Source: an uncultured Clostridia bacterium (GTDB taxonomy: Bacteria > Bacillota > Clostridia > Christensenellales > CAG-1252). From it: a DNA stretch of 42,307 nt. Where the stretch lies: NCBI GenBank assembly GCA_946625545.1, contig CAMOTC010000003.1, positions 1 to 42,307 on the forward strand, written 5' to 3'. The notes under the pieces are model-generated. The model was not told the DNA's origin and searched no databases. It saw only the letters and a program-made list of their open reading frames with translations. Shown here in pieces: positions 1-8,245 of this stretch; position 1 is the stretch's first letter, and each line of letters starts with the position of its first letter. A program made the translations under genes and the position numbers.

Positions 1-331
1 ATCAAAAGAATTTGCGAAGCAGATCGTTATTCTATGCAGAGATATTAAACAAAACAGCCGCGAATCCGTGATGACAAATCAACTGCTCAGAAGCGGTACG
101 TCGATAGGCGCTAATATTCACGAAGCGCAGTACGCGCAAGGGACAAGGGACTTTATTTCAAAATTTGAAATATCGCTGAAGGAGGTTTACGAGACTGAGT
201 ATTGGCTTGACCTCTTGTTCGAAACGGGGTATATCGATGAACAAACCTACAAACCGATCCGTAACACTTGCGGTGTGATCAGACGTATGCTGATCTCTTC
301 CATAAAAACATTGAAGGAAAGCGAGGGATGA
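1..331 (+). CDS. Four-helix-bundle protein (23S rRNA IVP/Avd-like family), 5'-truncated by window edge
   Basis: Frame is open from position 2 ([42 protein letters not shown]...[22 protein letters not shown]); [16 protein letters not shown] and KExxETxYWL are hallmark motifs. Confidence 0.85.
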   Translation, partial: SKEFAKQIVILCRDIKQNSRESVMTNQLLRSGTSIGANIHEAQYAQGTRDFISKFEISLKEVYETEYWLDLLFETGYIDEQTYKPIRNTCGVIRRMLISSIKTLKESEG

Positions 332-420
332 TCTATTAAGACTCGAGGAAAAGCACTTTTTCTCAAATCTGAATGATGAGATCATCAGCACGCACAGTTT
401 TCCTTTTTCCCCTCACTTAC

Positions 421-449
421 TTGCATTCCGAGCTTATAGATGGTATGAT
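421..449 (+). promoter_or_regulatory. SigA-type promoter for tyrS operon
   Basis: TTGCAT-17 bp-TATGAT with extended -10 TG; GGAG RBS follows. Confidence 0.6.
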
Positions 450-482
450 ATAAATATCATATTTGATAATGGAGTTTTACTT

Positions 483-1691
483 ATGAACGTAATGGACACC
501 TTGCGCGAAAGAGGATTTATCAAGCAGACCGTTTTCGAGGAGGACCTGTATAAGCTCCTCGGCTCGGAAAAGGTCAGCTTTTATATTGGGTTTGATCCCA
601 CGGCGGACAGCTTACACGTCGGACACTATCTCGCGATGATGGCGATGAGCCATATGCAGAGGGCTGGGCATCGTCCCATCGTCCTGATCGGCGGTGGCAC
701 GGGTATGATCGGCGATCCTTCGGGTCGTACCGATATGCGTAATATGCTGACTGCCGAGACCGTTCGTCATAACTGCGAGTGCTTTAAGAAGCAGATGAGC
801 CGTTTCTTCTCCTTCGAGGGGGATAACGCCGCGATCATGGTGAATAACGGCGATTGGCTATTAAACCTCAATTACGTGGATTTCCTGCGCGATATCGGCT
901 CTTTGTTCAGCGTAAATCGTATGTTGACCGCCGAATGCTATAAGAACCGCATGGAGAAGGGTCTCACGTTCCTTGAGTTTAACTATATGCTGATGCAGAG
1001 CTACGACTTCCTCGTGCTCTTCCAGAAATACGGCTGCGTACTTGAGTGCGGCGGCGACGATCAATGGAGCAATATGCTCGCAGGTGCTGACCTCATTCGG
1101 CGCAAGGAGGGCAAAGACGCCTTCGCGATGACTTTCCCCCTCCTCACGAATAGTGAAGGCAAAAAGATGGGTAAGACCGCCTCGGGCGCAGTATGGCTCT
1201 CTGCGGAAAAGACTTCTCCCTACGATTTCTACCAATATTGGCGCAACGTGGAGGACAGTGAGGTCAAGAAGTGCATGAAACTCCTGACCTTTATGCCGCT
1301 CGATGAGATCGAGGAGATGACCGCGCATCAGGACGAAAGGATCAACGCCGCGAAGGAGCGTCTCGCTTACGAGATCACCAAGATTGTGCACGGTGAGGAG
1401 ATCGCAGACGACGTGGTCAGAAAGGTCAAGGCGGCTTTCTCCGGTGACGTGGAGAATATGCCCACGGCAGAGATCCCCGCAGGAATGACGAAGGTCGTGG
1501 ATATCCTCGCGGAGGTAAAGTTCGCTCCGAGTAAGAGCGAAGCGCGCCGCTTGGTGCAGGGCGGAGCTGTCTCGGTGGACGGCGTCAAGATCACCGACGT
1601 CATGGCTGAGGTCAGCGATAGTCAGGTCGCGAACGGTTTTATCCTTTATAAAGGTAAAAAGAACCGTTTGAAGGTCACTTATTCCAAATAA
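483..1691 (+). CDS. tyrS: Tyrosine--tRNA ligase
   Basis: [15 protein letters not shown] (HIGH), [13 protein letters not shown] (KMSKS), C-terminal S4 domain [14 protein letters not shown]. Confidence 0.97.
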   Translation: MNVMDTLRERGFIKQTVFEEDLYKLLGSEKVSFYIGFDPTADSLHVGHYLAMMAMSHMQRAGHRPIVLIGGGTGMIGDPSGRTDMRNMLTAETVRHNCECFKKQMSRFFSFEGDNAAIMVNNGDWLLNLNYVDFLRDIGSLFSVNRMLTAECYKNRMEKGLTFLEFNYMLMQSYDFLVLFQKYGCVLECGGDDQWSNMLAGADLIRRKEGKDAFAMTFPLLTNSEGKKMGKTASGAVWLSAEKTSPYDFYQYWRNVEDSEVKKCMKLLTFMPLDEIEEMTAHQDERINAAKERLAYEITKIVHGEEIADDVVRKVKAAFSGDVENMPTAEIPAGMTKVVDILAEVKFAPSKSEARRLVQGGAVSVDGVKITDVMAEVSDSQVANGFILYKGKKNRLKVTYSK

Positions 1692-2318
1692 ATGTATTTT
1701 ACCGTAGGGGGCGAGATGACGGCGGAGACGTCCGTCAAGCACAGCAAGTTTATCGCTTTTTGTTCGAGAGTCACTTGTGACGAGGAGGCGGAAGCCTTCG
1801 TGAAAACCATCAAAAAGCGCTATACCGACGCGACGCACGCCCCCTATGCTTATGTCCTGGGGGAGAGATCGGACAAGTCGCGCGCCAGTGACGACGGCGA
1901 GCCTTCGGGCACCTCGGGAGTTCCCATTCTCGAAACCATCAAAAATAACGGACTTACCAATACCGTCGTCGTGGTCGTCCGCTATTTCGGCGGGATCAAG
2001 CTCGGGACGGGCGGCCTCGCGCGCGCTTATTCCGACGCGGCGCTTGCGGCGCTGACTCTGGCGGGAAAGACTGCTTTTGATAAGTGTGCTGTATGTACGC
2101 TTTCGTGTGATTACACTTTTATCTCCATCGTTCAAAATCAAATATATGCCTTTAACGGGCTCATTCTCGGCGCTGAGTACGTAAATGGTGCGGAACTGAC
2201 CGTTGCCATCCCTTGCGGAAAGAAGCAAGGCTTCTATGCCGCCATCGCCGACGCGACGTCGGGGCGGGTCACTGCTGTCGAGATAGAGGAGCGTTACTGC
2301 GAGATCAAGGGGGAATGA
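1692..2318 (+). CDS. YigZ/IMPACT family protein
   Basis: KHSKFIA, DATHAPYAY, SDDGEPSGTSGVPIL, VVRYFGGIKLGTGGLARAY. Confidence 0.92.
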   Translation: MYFTVGGEMTAETSVKHSKFIAFCSRVTCDEEAEAFVKTIKKRYTDATHAPYAYVLGERSDKSRASDDGEPSGTSGVPILETIKNNGLTNTVVVVVRYFGGIKLGTGGLARAYSDAALAALTLAGKTAFDKCAVCTLSCDYTFISIVQNQIYAFNGLILGAEYVNGAELTVAIPCGKKQGFYAAIADATSGRVTAVEIEERYCEIKGE

Positions 2319-2319
2319 T

Positions 2320-3162
2320 ATGCTGAAGGACTTTTTGATCGGCAACTTTACCGATAGCGTCAATCAAACGGGAGTGACTGCGATCCTTTGTCCCAAGGGA
2401 GCAACGGGCGGGGTCAGCGTGCGCGGAGGTGCTCCCGCTACCCATGAGACCGATCTCTTGCGCTCGGAAAATACCGTGGATCGCGTCAACGCTGTCGTGT
2501 TGTCGGGTGGGAGTGCTTTCGGTTTAGAATCTATCTCGGGTGTGATGCAGTATTTGTCAGAGCAGGGCTTCGGCTTTGACGCAGGCTGCTACAAGGTCCC
2601 GATCTGTTGCGGCGCATCTATCTACGATCTCGAATGTGGAAACTTTGCTTATCCCGATAAAGCCGCGGGCTACTCGGCGGCAAAGGATGCAAAAGAGATC
2701 AGCGAGACGTACGGCAGGATAGGCGCAGGTACGGGCGCGACTGTCGCGAAACTCGGTGGCAAAGCGAATGCGATCCCCTCGGGAATGGCTGTCTCTATGC
2801 TAAAAAAAGGAGATCTCGAGGTCGCAGTCGTCAGCGTAGTCAACGCTCTCGGCAATATCTATGATCCCATAAAGGGTGAACCCATCGCTTGCTCGGAGGG
2901 GCGGTCGGTCTCTCCCTTTACAAATACGACGATCTCCTGCGTGATCACAAATGCAAGGCTGACCAAGGCGCAGGCAAATAAACTCGCCGATGCGACGCAG
3001 GACGCTTATGCTCGGTGCATTCGTCCCGTGCATACCCCTTACGACGGCGACACCATCTTTCTCCTCGCAAGCGGAGAGGTCGAGGCGAATATCCTCGACA
3101 TCCAAATGCTCGTTGACGAGGTATGCTGTCACGCGATCGTGAAGGCGGTGCGGCATGGTTAA
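2320..3162 (+). CDS. P1 family (DmpA/S58-like) peptidase
   Basis: GVSVRGGAPATHETDLL, LSGGSAFGL, GAGTGA, NTTI autoprocessing site, PVHTPYDGDTIF. Confidence 0.88.
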   Translation: MLKDFLIGNFTDSVNQTGVTAILCPKGATGGVSVRGGAPATHETDLLRSENTVDRVNAVVLSGGSAFGLESISGVMQYLSEQGFGFDAGCYKVPICCGASIYDLECGNFAYPDKAAGYSAAKDAKEISETYGRIGAGTGATVAKLGGKANAIPSGMAVSMLKKGDLEVAVVSVVNALGNIYDPIKGEPIACSEGRSVSPFTNTTISCVITNARLTKAQANKLADATQDAYARCIRPVHTPYDGDTIFLLASGEVEANILDIQMLVDEVCCHAIVKAVRHG

Positions 3163-4648
3163 GCTTCTCTCCGTAATCGCGGCGAAGAGCGCCGATGAAA
3201 AGACCATTCGCGGAGGGATCACCTCCGTTGAATTGATGCGGAGAGTCGCGAAGGGCGTCTTGGACGCCTGTCCTCCCGAGGAAGGACGATCTTTGATCGT
3301 CAGCGGAAAGGGCGGCAACGGCGGTGACGGATATGCTCTCTATCTCCTGATGCGGGAAAGGGGGTTTGCCGTCGATCTCGTGGACTTCGGAGACAGCAAG
3401 CACGAAGGCGCAAAGGAGCTCCGCAGAGACTGCGAGAGTGATGTCAACCCCTTTAACGATACATTTGATTTTTCACAGTATAAGACGATCTATGACTGTA
3501 TCTTTGGGATCGGGCTTACGCGCCCGGCGTCAAGGGAGATGCTTGCCGCGATACGCAAGATAAACGCATCGAAAGCGCACGTCGTCTCGGTAGATATCGC
3601 GAGCGGGCTCTCTGCGGACAGCGGGATCGCGCTCGGTGACGCCGTTCACGCGGACGTCACGATCTGCGTGCAAGAACTGAAAGAAGGCTGTTTTCTGAAT
3701 GACGGCTTGGACTGTTCGGGCTCTGTCGGCGCTCTCGACGTCGGCATTTGCGAAGGGGAGGCTGACGCATTCCTCCTCGAGGAATCTGACGTTTTGGCGC
3801 TTTTCCCGCCTCTCAAACGAAACGTACATAAAGGCTCCCTCGGCAGGCTATCCGTCATCGCGGGGAGTGAGTCTTATTCGGGCGCCGCTGTCATCGCTGA
3901 GCTTGGCGCCGCGGCATTTGCGCTCGGGGACGGACTCGTCAAGCTCTGTATCCCGGAGTGTATCCTCTATCCTGTGATGAATAAGATCACGGAATGCACT
4001 CTCCTATCCTGTCCCTCTCGCGAGGGGCATATCGCTTACGACGTACCGACTATCGACAAGGCTATAAACGGTGCGAACGCGGTGCTTTTCGGAAACGGCG
4101 TTGATATCTCGGAGGACGGCAGGGCGATCCTACGCTATCTCATAAAGAACGTCAAAGTCCCTCTCGTGCTCGACGCAGACGGCATCAATCTGCTTGCAGA
4201 GGAGCCCGATCCCTTACGCGAGCGCTCCGCCGTGACAGTCTTGACTCCTCATCCGCGCGAGATGTCTCGCCTGATGGGACTCCCGCTTGATGAGATCCTC
4301 TCCGATCCCGTATCGTATGCGAAAGAGTTTGCCGCGCGCTACGGGGTGATCGTCGCGCTCAAGGGTGCTTCTACCGTCGTTACGGACGGCAGTGAGGCTG
4401 TGATCTCTATCTCGGGGAGTGCGGGTATGGCAAAAGGCGGTAGTGGAGATCTCCTCGCGGGATCGATCGCCGCGCTCCTTGCCGGCGGACGTGAAGCTAT
4501 GCTCGCGACGTACGGAGCCGCGTATATCCTCGGCGTTGCAGGGGAAGGTGCGGCGGAAGAAATGGGGGAATATTCCTCTCTCCCCACCGATACGCATCGG
4601 CATATCGCCTCCGTCGTGAAATATCTCTCTCAAAAAGCAGTAGAATAG
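3155..4648 (+). CDS. nnr: Bifunctional NAD(P)H-hydrate epimerase/dehydratase (YjeF)
   Basis: N-terminal GKGGNGGDG and VDIASGL; C-terminal HKGSLG, LDADGIN, LTPHPREM, AKGGSGDLLAG. Confidence 0.92.
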   Translation: MVKLLSVIAAKSADEKTIRGGITSVELMRRVAKGVLDACPPEEGRSLIVSGKGGNGGDGYALYLLMRERGFAVDLVDFGDSKHEGAKELRRDCESDVNPFNDTFDFSQYKTIYDCIFGIGLTRPASREMLAAIRKINASKAHVVSVDIASGLSADSGIALGDAVHADVTICVQELKEGCFLNDGLDCSGSVGALDVGICEGEADAFLLEESDVLALFPPLKRNVHKGSLGRLSVIAGSESYSGAAVIAELGAAAFALGDGLVKLCIPECILYPVMNKITECTLLSCPSREGHIAYDVPTIDKAINGANAVLFGNGVDISEDGRAILRYLIKNVKVPLVLDADGINLLAEEPDPLRERSAVTVLTPHPREMSRLMGLPLDEILSDPVSYAKEFAARYGVIVALKGASTVVTDGSEAVISISGSAGMAKGGSGDLLAGSIAALLAGGREAMLATYGAAYILGVAGEGAAEEMGEYSSLPTDTHRHIASVVKYLSQKAVE

Positions 4649-4993
4649 TCAGTCGAAAAATCCGAGACTGATCAAAAGTGCGTCGTTGACTCTCTTCATC
4701 ATATCCAGGGGCAGGATACCGATCCTTTCGCGCAGCCTGCGCTTATCGATGGTACGGATCTGCTCGAGGAGGACGACGGAGTCCTTCGCGAGGCCGTAGT
4801 CTCCTGCGGATAGGGCGATGTGCGTCGGCAGTTTCGCCTTGCCCATCTGACTGGTGACGGCGGCTGCGATCACGGTCGGGCTATACTTATTACCGATATC
4901 GTTCTGCACGACGAGAACGGGGCGCACACCCCCTTGCTCGCTGCCCACGACAGGGCTGAGATCGGCATAATACAGTTCACCTCGCTTGATCAT
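4649..4993 (-). CDS. mazF: MazF/PemK-family endoribonuclease toxin, NdoA (EndoA)-like
   Basis: [38 protein letters not shown]...KAKLPTH...[13 protein letters not shown] closely matches Firmicute NdoA; GAGGTG RBS. Confidence 0.95.
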   Translation of the reverse strand: MIKRGELYYADLSPVVGSEQGGVRPVLVVQNDIGNKYSPTVIAAAVTSQMGKAKLPTHIALSAGDYGLAKDSVVLLEQIRTIDKRRLRERIGILPLDMMKRVNDALLISLGFFD

Positions 4994-5091
4994 CGCGTCA
5001 CCTCACTTCACCCCTTGACGCTCACTACATTGTATGTATCTCGGCGGTGGGGTGCCATAGATATCATTGCCTCGGGCGAAAAACTTTATAC

Positions 5092-5120
5092 TTGCAAGAT
5101 CATAGGATATATGGTAAAAT
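5092..5120 (+). promoter_or_regulatory. SigA-type promoter for pilT
   Basis: TTGCAA-17 bp-TAAAAT with extended -10 TG. Confidence 0.55.
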
Positions 5121-5167
5121 AGAATATACTTAATTCACGCTCGGATATCCGAGAAAAGGGGAACCAC

Positions 5168-6226
5168 ATGGTAACGATCAAAGAACTACTGAAACTCGCG
5201 CTCCAGCAGAAAGCATCCGACCTTCATATCACCGTGAAGTCCGCTCCGGTGCTCCGCGTCTCGGGTACATTCCGCTATTTCAAGACCGCTCCGCTCACAC
5301 CCGAAGATACCGAGCAGATGTGCCGCGATCTCCTCGATGAGAATAATTGGCAGAAGCTCCAGAAACTCGGCGAAGTGGACGTCGCCGTTGCCCTTGGGGA
5401 AAACCGTTTCCGTGTGAACGCATTTCGTCAAAAAGGATGCTATGCGATCGCCATTCGTACGATCAATAGCGTGATCCCCTCCTTCCCCGCGCTCGGTCTC
5501 CCGAATACGATGCTCGATCTCTGCAATAAGAGCAGGGGTATCATCCTCGTCACAGGTCCGACCGGTAGCGGTAAGTCTACGACCCTCGCCTCGATGATAG
5601 ATTACATCAACAATCATCGTAGCGCGCATATCATCACACTCGAAGATCCTATCGAGTATTATCACAACCATATCAAGAGCATCGTCAATCAGCGTGAGAT
5701 AGGCAACGATACGCGCTCCTTTGCGGCGGCGCTCCGCGCCTCCCTTCGTCAGGATCCCGACGTCATCCAAGTGGGCGAAATGCGTGACCTTGAAACCATT
5801 TCTACCGCTATCACCGCTGCAGAAACGGGTCACTTGGTCATGAGCACCTTGCATACCATCGGTGCGGCGAATACCGTCGACCGTATGGTGGACGTCTTTC
5901 CCTCCTATCAGCAACAGCAGGTCAGACTGCAGCTCTCGATGGTGCTCGTAGCGGTTATCTCTCAGCAGCTTATCCCCAAAGCCGACGGCTCGGGGCGTGT
6001 CGCAGCTCTCGAGATCATGCTCAATCATCCCGCGATCAGCGCTCTGATCCGTGAAGGAAAGACCCATCAGATCGCAAATACCATCATGACCAATAGGACG
6101 AGCGGTATGATGCTGATGGACGACTCTATCGCAAATTATCTCCGTCAGGGCATCATTACGCAGGAGAAGGCGATCCTCTACTCCGTCGATCCCGATTATA
6201 TGCTCGCACAGGCAAAGAAGGGTTGA
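5168..6226 (+). CDS. pilT: Type IV pilus retraction ATPase
   Basis: ASDLHI, GPTGSGKSTT, TLEDPIE, LRQDPDVIQVGEMRD, AETGHLVMSTLHT, AISALIRE (AIRNLIRE-like). Confidence 0.93.
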   Translation: MVTIKELLKLALQQKASDLHITVKSAPVLRVSGTFRYFKTAPLTPEDTEQMCRDLLDENNWQKLQKLGEVDVAVALGENRFRVNAFRQKGCYAIAIRTINSVIPSFPALGLPNTMLDLCNKSRGIILVTGPTGSGKSTTLASMIDYINNHRSAHIITLEDPIEYYHNHIKSIVNQREIGNDTRSFAAALRASLRQDPDVIQVGEMRDLETISTAITAAETGHLVMSTLHTIGAANTVDRMVDVFPSYQQQQVRLQLSMVLVAVISQQLIPKADGSGRVAALEIMLNHPAISALIREGKTHQIANTIMTNRTSGMMLMDDSIANYLRQGIITQEKAILYSVDPDYMLAQAKKG

Positions 6227-6269
6227 TAGGAAAAAATCGTAGATTTTCAGGAAAATATCCTTTTATTGC

Positions 6270-6298
6270 TTGACAAAGCACGGGTAAACCTTTACTAT
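6270..6298 (+). promoter_or_regulatory. SigA-type promoter for tRNA-Leu
   Basis: TTGACA-17 bp-TACTAT ending 15 nt before the tRNA. Confidence 0.7.
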
Positions 6299-6312
6299 AG
6301 TCATTGTCATTC

Positions 6313-6395
6313 GCGATCATGGCGGAACAGGCAGACGCGTACGTTTGAGGGGCGTATGGGCAACCATGGGGGTTCAAGTCCCCCTGATCGCACCA
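6313..6395 (+). tRNA. tRNA-Leu (anticodon GAG)
   Basis: Acceptor GCGATCA/TGATCGC, anticodon arm TACGT-TTGAGGG-GCGTA, long variable arm TGGGCAACCA, T-arm GGGGG-TTCAAGT-CCCCC, encoded CCA. Confidence 0.95.
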
Positions 6396-6585
6396 AGAGC
6401 ACTTGCTTCGGCAAGTGCTTTTTGCTTTGTTTTTGGGGGACTTGAACGGGTGGGGAGCGCCGACTGATAAAGGTGGATTAGCACGTTAGGCGGCGCCAAA
6501 GGCGAGCGTGCACAGCGTTTGCCACCTCGGTGAGATGGATGTCCCCCTGATCGCACCAAGAGCACTTGCTTCGGCAAATGCTTTT
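6378..6585 (+). repeat. 45-bp direct repeat (6378-6422 and 6541-6585) of tRNA 3' end plus terminator hairpin; 163-bp period
   Basis: GTCCCCCTGATCGCACCAAGAGCACTTGCTTCGGCAA(G/A)TGCTTTT occurs twice with one mismatch. Confidence 0.95.
6398..6424 (+). terminator. Intrinsic terminator after tRNA-Leu
   Basis: AGCACTTGC-TTCG-GCAAGTGCT followed by a T run. Confidence 0.8.
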
Positions 6586-6806
6586 AGTTTTTTTCTGCTT
6601 AGTTATATTGGATTTCTTTTCTCTTGTTATTGGATCACCGTAGGATGATCTGAGTCTATGGGGGAGGGCAGCACAAATCATCCCTAACTTCAATAGAGTA
6701 AAAAAGATAACCGGCATAATCGCTTATAAATCATAATAATCGGAGAAAAACGAAAGAGAAAGAAGCGAATTTGCGTCTTTTTTCATAATAAATACGAAAT
6801 TCGGTA

Positions 6807-6835
6807 TTGACAATAAATAACAATCAATATATAAT
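6807..6835 (+). promoter_or_regulatory. Consensus SigA promoter for pilin gene
   Basis: Perfect TTGACA-17 bp-TATAAT; GGAGG RBS before ATG 6867. Confidence 0.8.
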
Positions 6836-6866
6836 TATTGTAGAAATCTCTAAACGGAGGCTAATT

Positions 6867-7292
6867 ATGTTTTATAATTTCAAAAAGAATAAGAAAGCTT
6901 TTACCTTGGTCGAGCTTATCGTCGTTATCGCGATCATCGCGATCCTCGGCGCTGTCGTCGGCGTGACGGTTTCTTCGTTTGTTGATAAGGCGAGAGTGTC
7001 CGCTGCCGAGTCTCCCCTCGATGATCTGAAGAAATATTGGGATACCGGAATTACTGATAATTTGACTCTTAGTGCGCTAGTCGCTTCGATTTTTGGCGAA
7101 AGCGAGAGGGCTAACTTCTCCTGCAGTTCCGATGCTTGGGGTACAAAAGTCAGCAAGCTCGGCACCATTAATATCTTCTATCATGATGATGCCAGTGGTG
7201 ATTACTACGGCAAACTCGCTGTTACGAGCGGTACCCCCGGTGAGGTCTCCTCTTCCAAGACTGCTCCGACCAATCCTGTTAAGTATAAATAA
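6867..7292 (+). CDS. Type IV pilin (class III signal peptide), probably a major pilin
   Basis: MFYNFKKNKKA|FTLVELIVVIAIIAILGAVVG with E5; start chosen from RBS; 141 aa; own strong promoter and terminator. Confidence 0.9.
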   Translation: MFYNFKKNKKAFTLVELIVVIAIIAILGAVVGVTVSSFVDKARVSAAESPLDDLKKYWDTGITDNLTLSALVASIFGESERANFSCSSDAWGTKVSKLGTINIFYHDDASGDYYGKLAVTSGTPGEVSSSKTAPTNPVKYK

Positions 7293-7306
7293 TTCATGCT
7301 GAACGT

Positions 7307-7343
7307 TGCCGCTTGTCATTTCCTTGACAAGCGGCATTTTTTT
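7307..7343 (+). terminator. Intrinsic terminator after pilin
   Basis: TGCCGCTTGTCA-TTTCCT-TGACAAGCGGCA then T7. Confidence 0.85.
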
Positions 7344-7380
7344 ATTTATTATATAAATAAATCCTTTCATCGGAGGGTAT

Positions 7381-8244
7381 ATGAGTAAGATCTTTTTTGA
7401 TACTGACTGCGAGTTGTGGTACACGATGCTTCCCGAGCTCGGATGTGAGCTCTTCAGGATGCCGTACACGATCGATGGTAAAGAGTATTTCTACGATATG
7501 GGGGAGAATACCGACTTTGACGCTTTCTATAAAGCGGTGCGCGGCGGTTCGATGCCCATTACTTCTGCGCTGAACGCGCAGATCTATACCGAGATCCTCG
7601 AGCCTTTCTTTAAGGCAGGGGAGGATATGCTCTATATCTCCTTCAGCGGCAAGATGTCGGGAACTTTTAACCATCTCGAGATGGCGCTCAAGGATCTCCG
7701 CGCGAAGTATCCCGCGGCGCGCTTCCGCCGTTTCGATACCAAGAATATCTGCTGGGGCGCAGGTATTCAAGTGTATTACGCTGCCAAGTATTATCAAGAA
7801 GGGCACACTTTGGACGAGGTCATCACCTATCTCGAGGAAAACATCAATCACTTCACTCAGTTCTTCGCCGTGGACGATCTTTTTCATCTCAAGCGCGGCG
7901 GCAGGATATCGGCAGCTGCCGCTGCTTTCGGGACACTTTTCTCTTTGAAACCCATTTTGCACACCAACGACAATGGAGAGCTCGAGGTCGTTAGCAAGGT
8001 AACCGGTTCCAACAAGGCGGTTTCCACCTTGACCGAGAAGGTAAAGGCGCTCGGGACCGATCTCGACAAATATCCTATCATCATCCTTGACGCTGATAAT
8101 AAACCCTCCGCGGATAAACTCGAGGCAAAGATCCGCGAGGCTTTCCCCGATGCGGAGATATGGCGTTATCCCATCGGTCCCGTGATCGGCAGTCATTGTG
8201 GTCCCGGTACCATCGGTGTTTGTTTCCGTTCGACTGCGAGATAG
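7381..8244 (+). CDS. DegV family fatty-acid-binding protein
   Basis: IFFDTDCEL, PITSALN, ISFSGKMSGTF, LKRGGRIS, GPVIGSHCGPGTIGV. Confidence 0.92.
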   Translation: MSKIFFDTDCELWYTMLPELGCELFRMPYTIDGKEYFYDMGENTDFDAFYKAVRGGSMPITSALNAQIYTEILEPFFKAGEDMLYISFSGKMSGTFNHLEMALKDLRAKYPAARFRRFDTKNICWGAGIQVYYAAKYYQEGHTLDEVITYLEENINHFTQFFAVDDLFHLKRGGRISAAAAAFGTLFSLKPILHTNDNGELEVVSKVTGSNKAVSTLTEKVKALGTDLDKYPIIILDADNKPSADKLEAKIREAFPDAEIWRYPIGPVIGSHCGPGTIGVCFRSTAR

Positions 8245-8245
8245 G

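Noticed and set aside
861-2363. 500-aa antisense ORF over tyrS/yigZ (similar ones at 8081-9259, 14791-15963, 16735-17676, 39042-40292)
   Set aside because: Shadow frames of well-conserved sense genes; biased codon usage suppresses antisense stops; no motifs or RBS
4820-5122. 100-aa plus-strand ORF as candidate MazF antitoxin
   Set aside because: Antisense to mazF, no RBS, no RHH/AbrB character, runs through promoter DNA
6374-6717. Small minus-strand ORFs over the tRNA repeat; repeat considered as a mini CRISPR array
   Set aside because: ORFs overlap the tRNA and terminators without RBS; only two repeat copies, derived from the tRNA, with a 118-bp spacer and no cas genes
6864-6877. ATTATGTTTTATAA (MFYNF start) shared by the pilin and clpC (26657-26670)
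   Set aside because: Short AT-rich match typical of unstructured start regions; no further similarity
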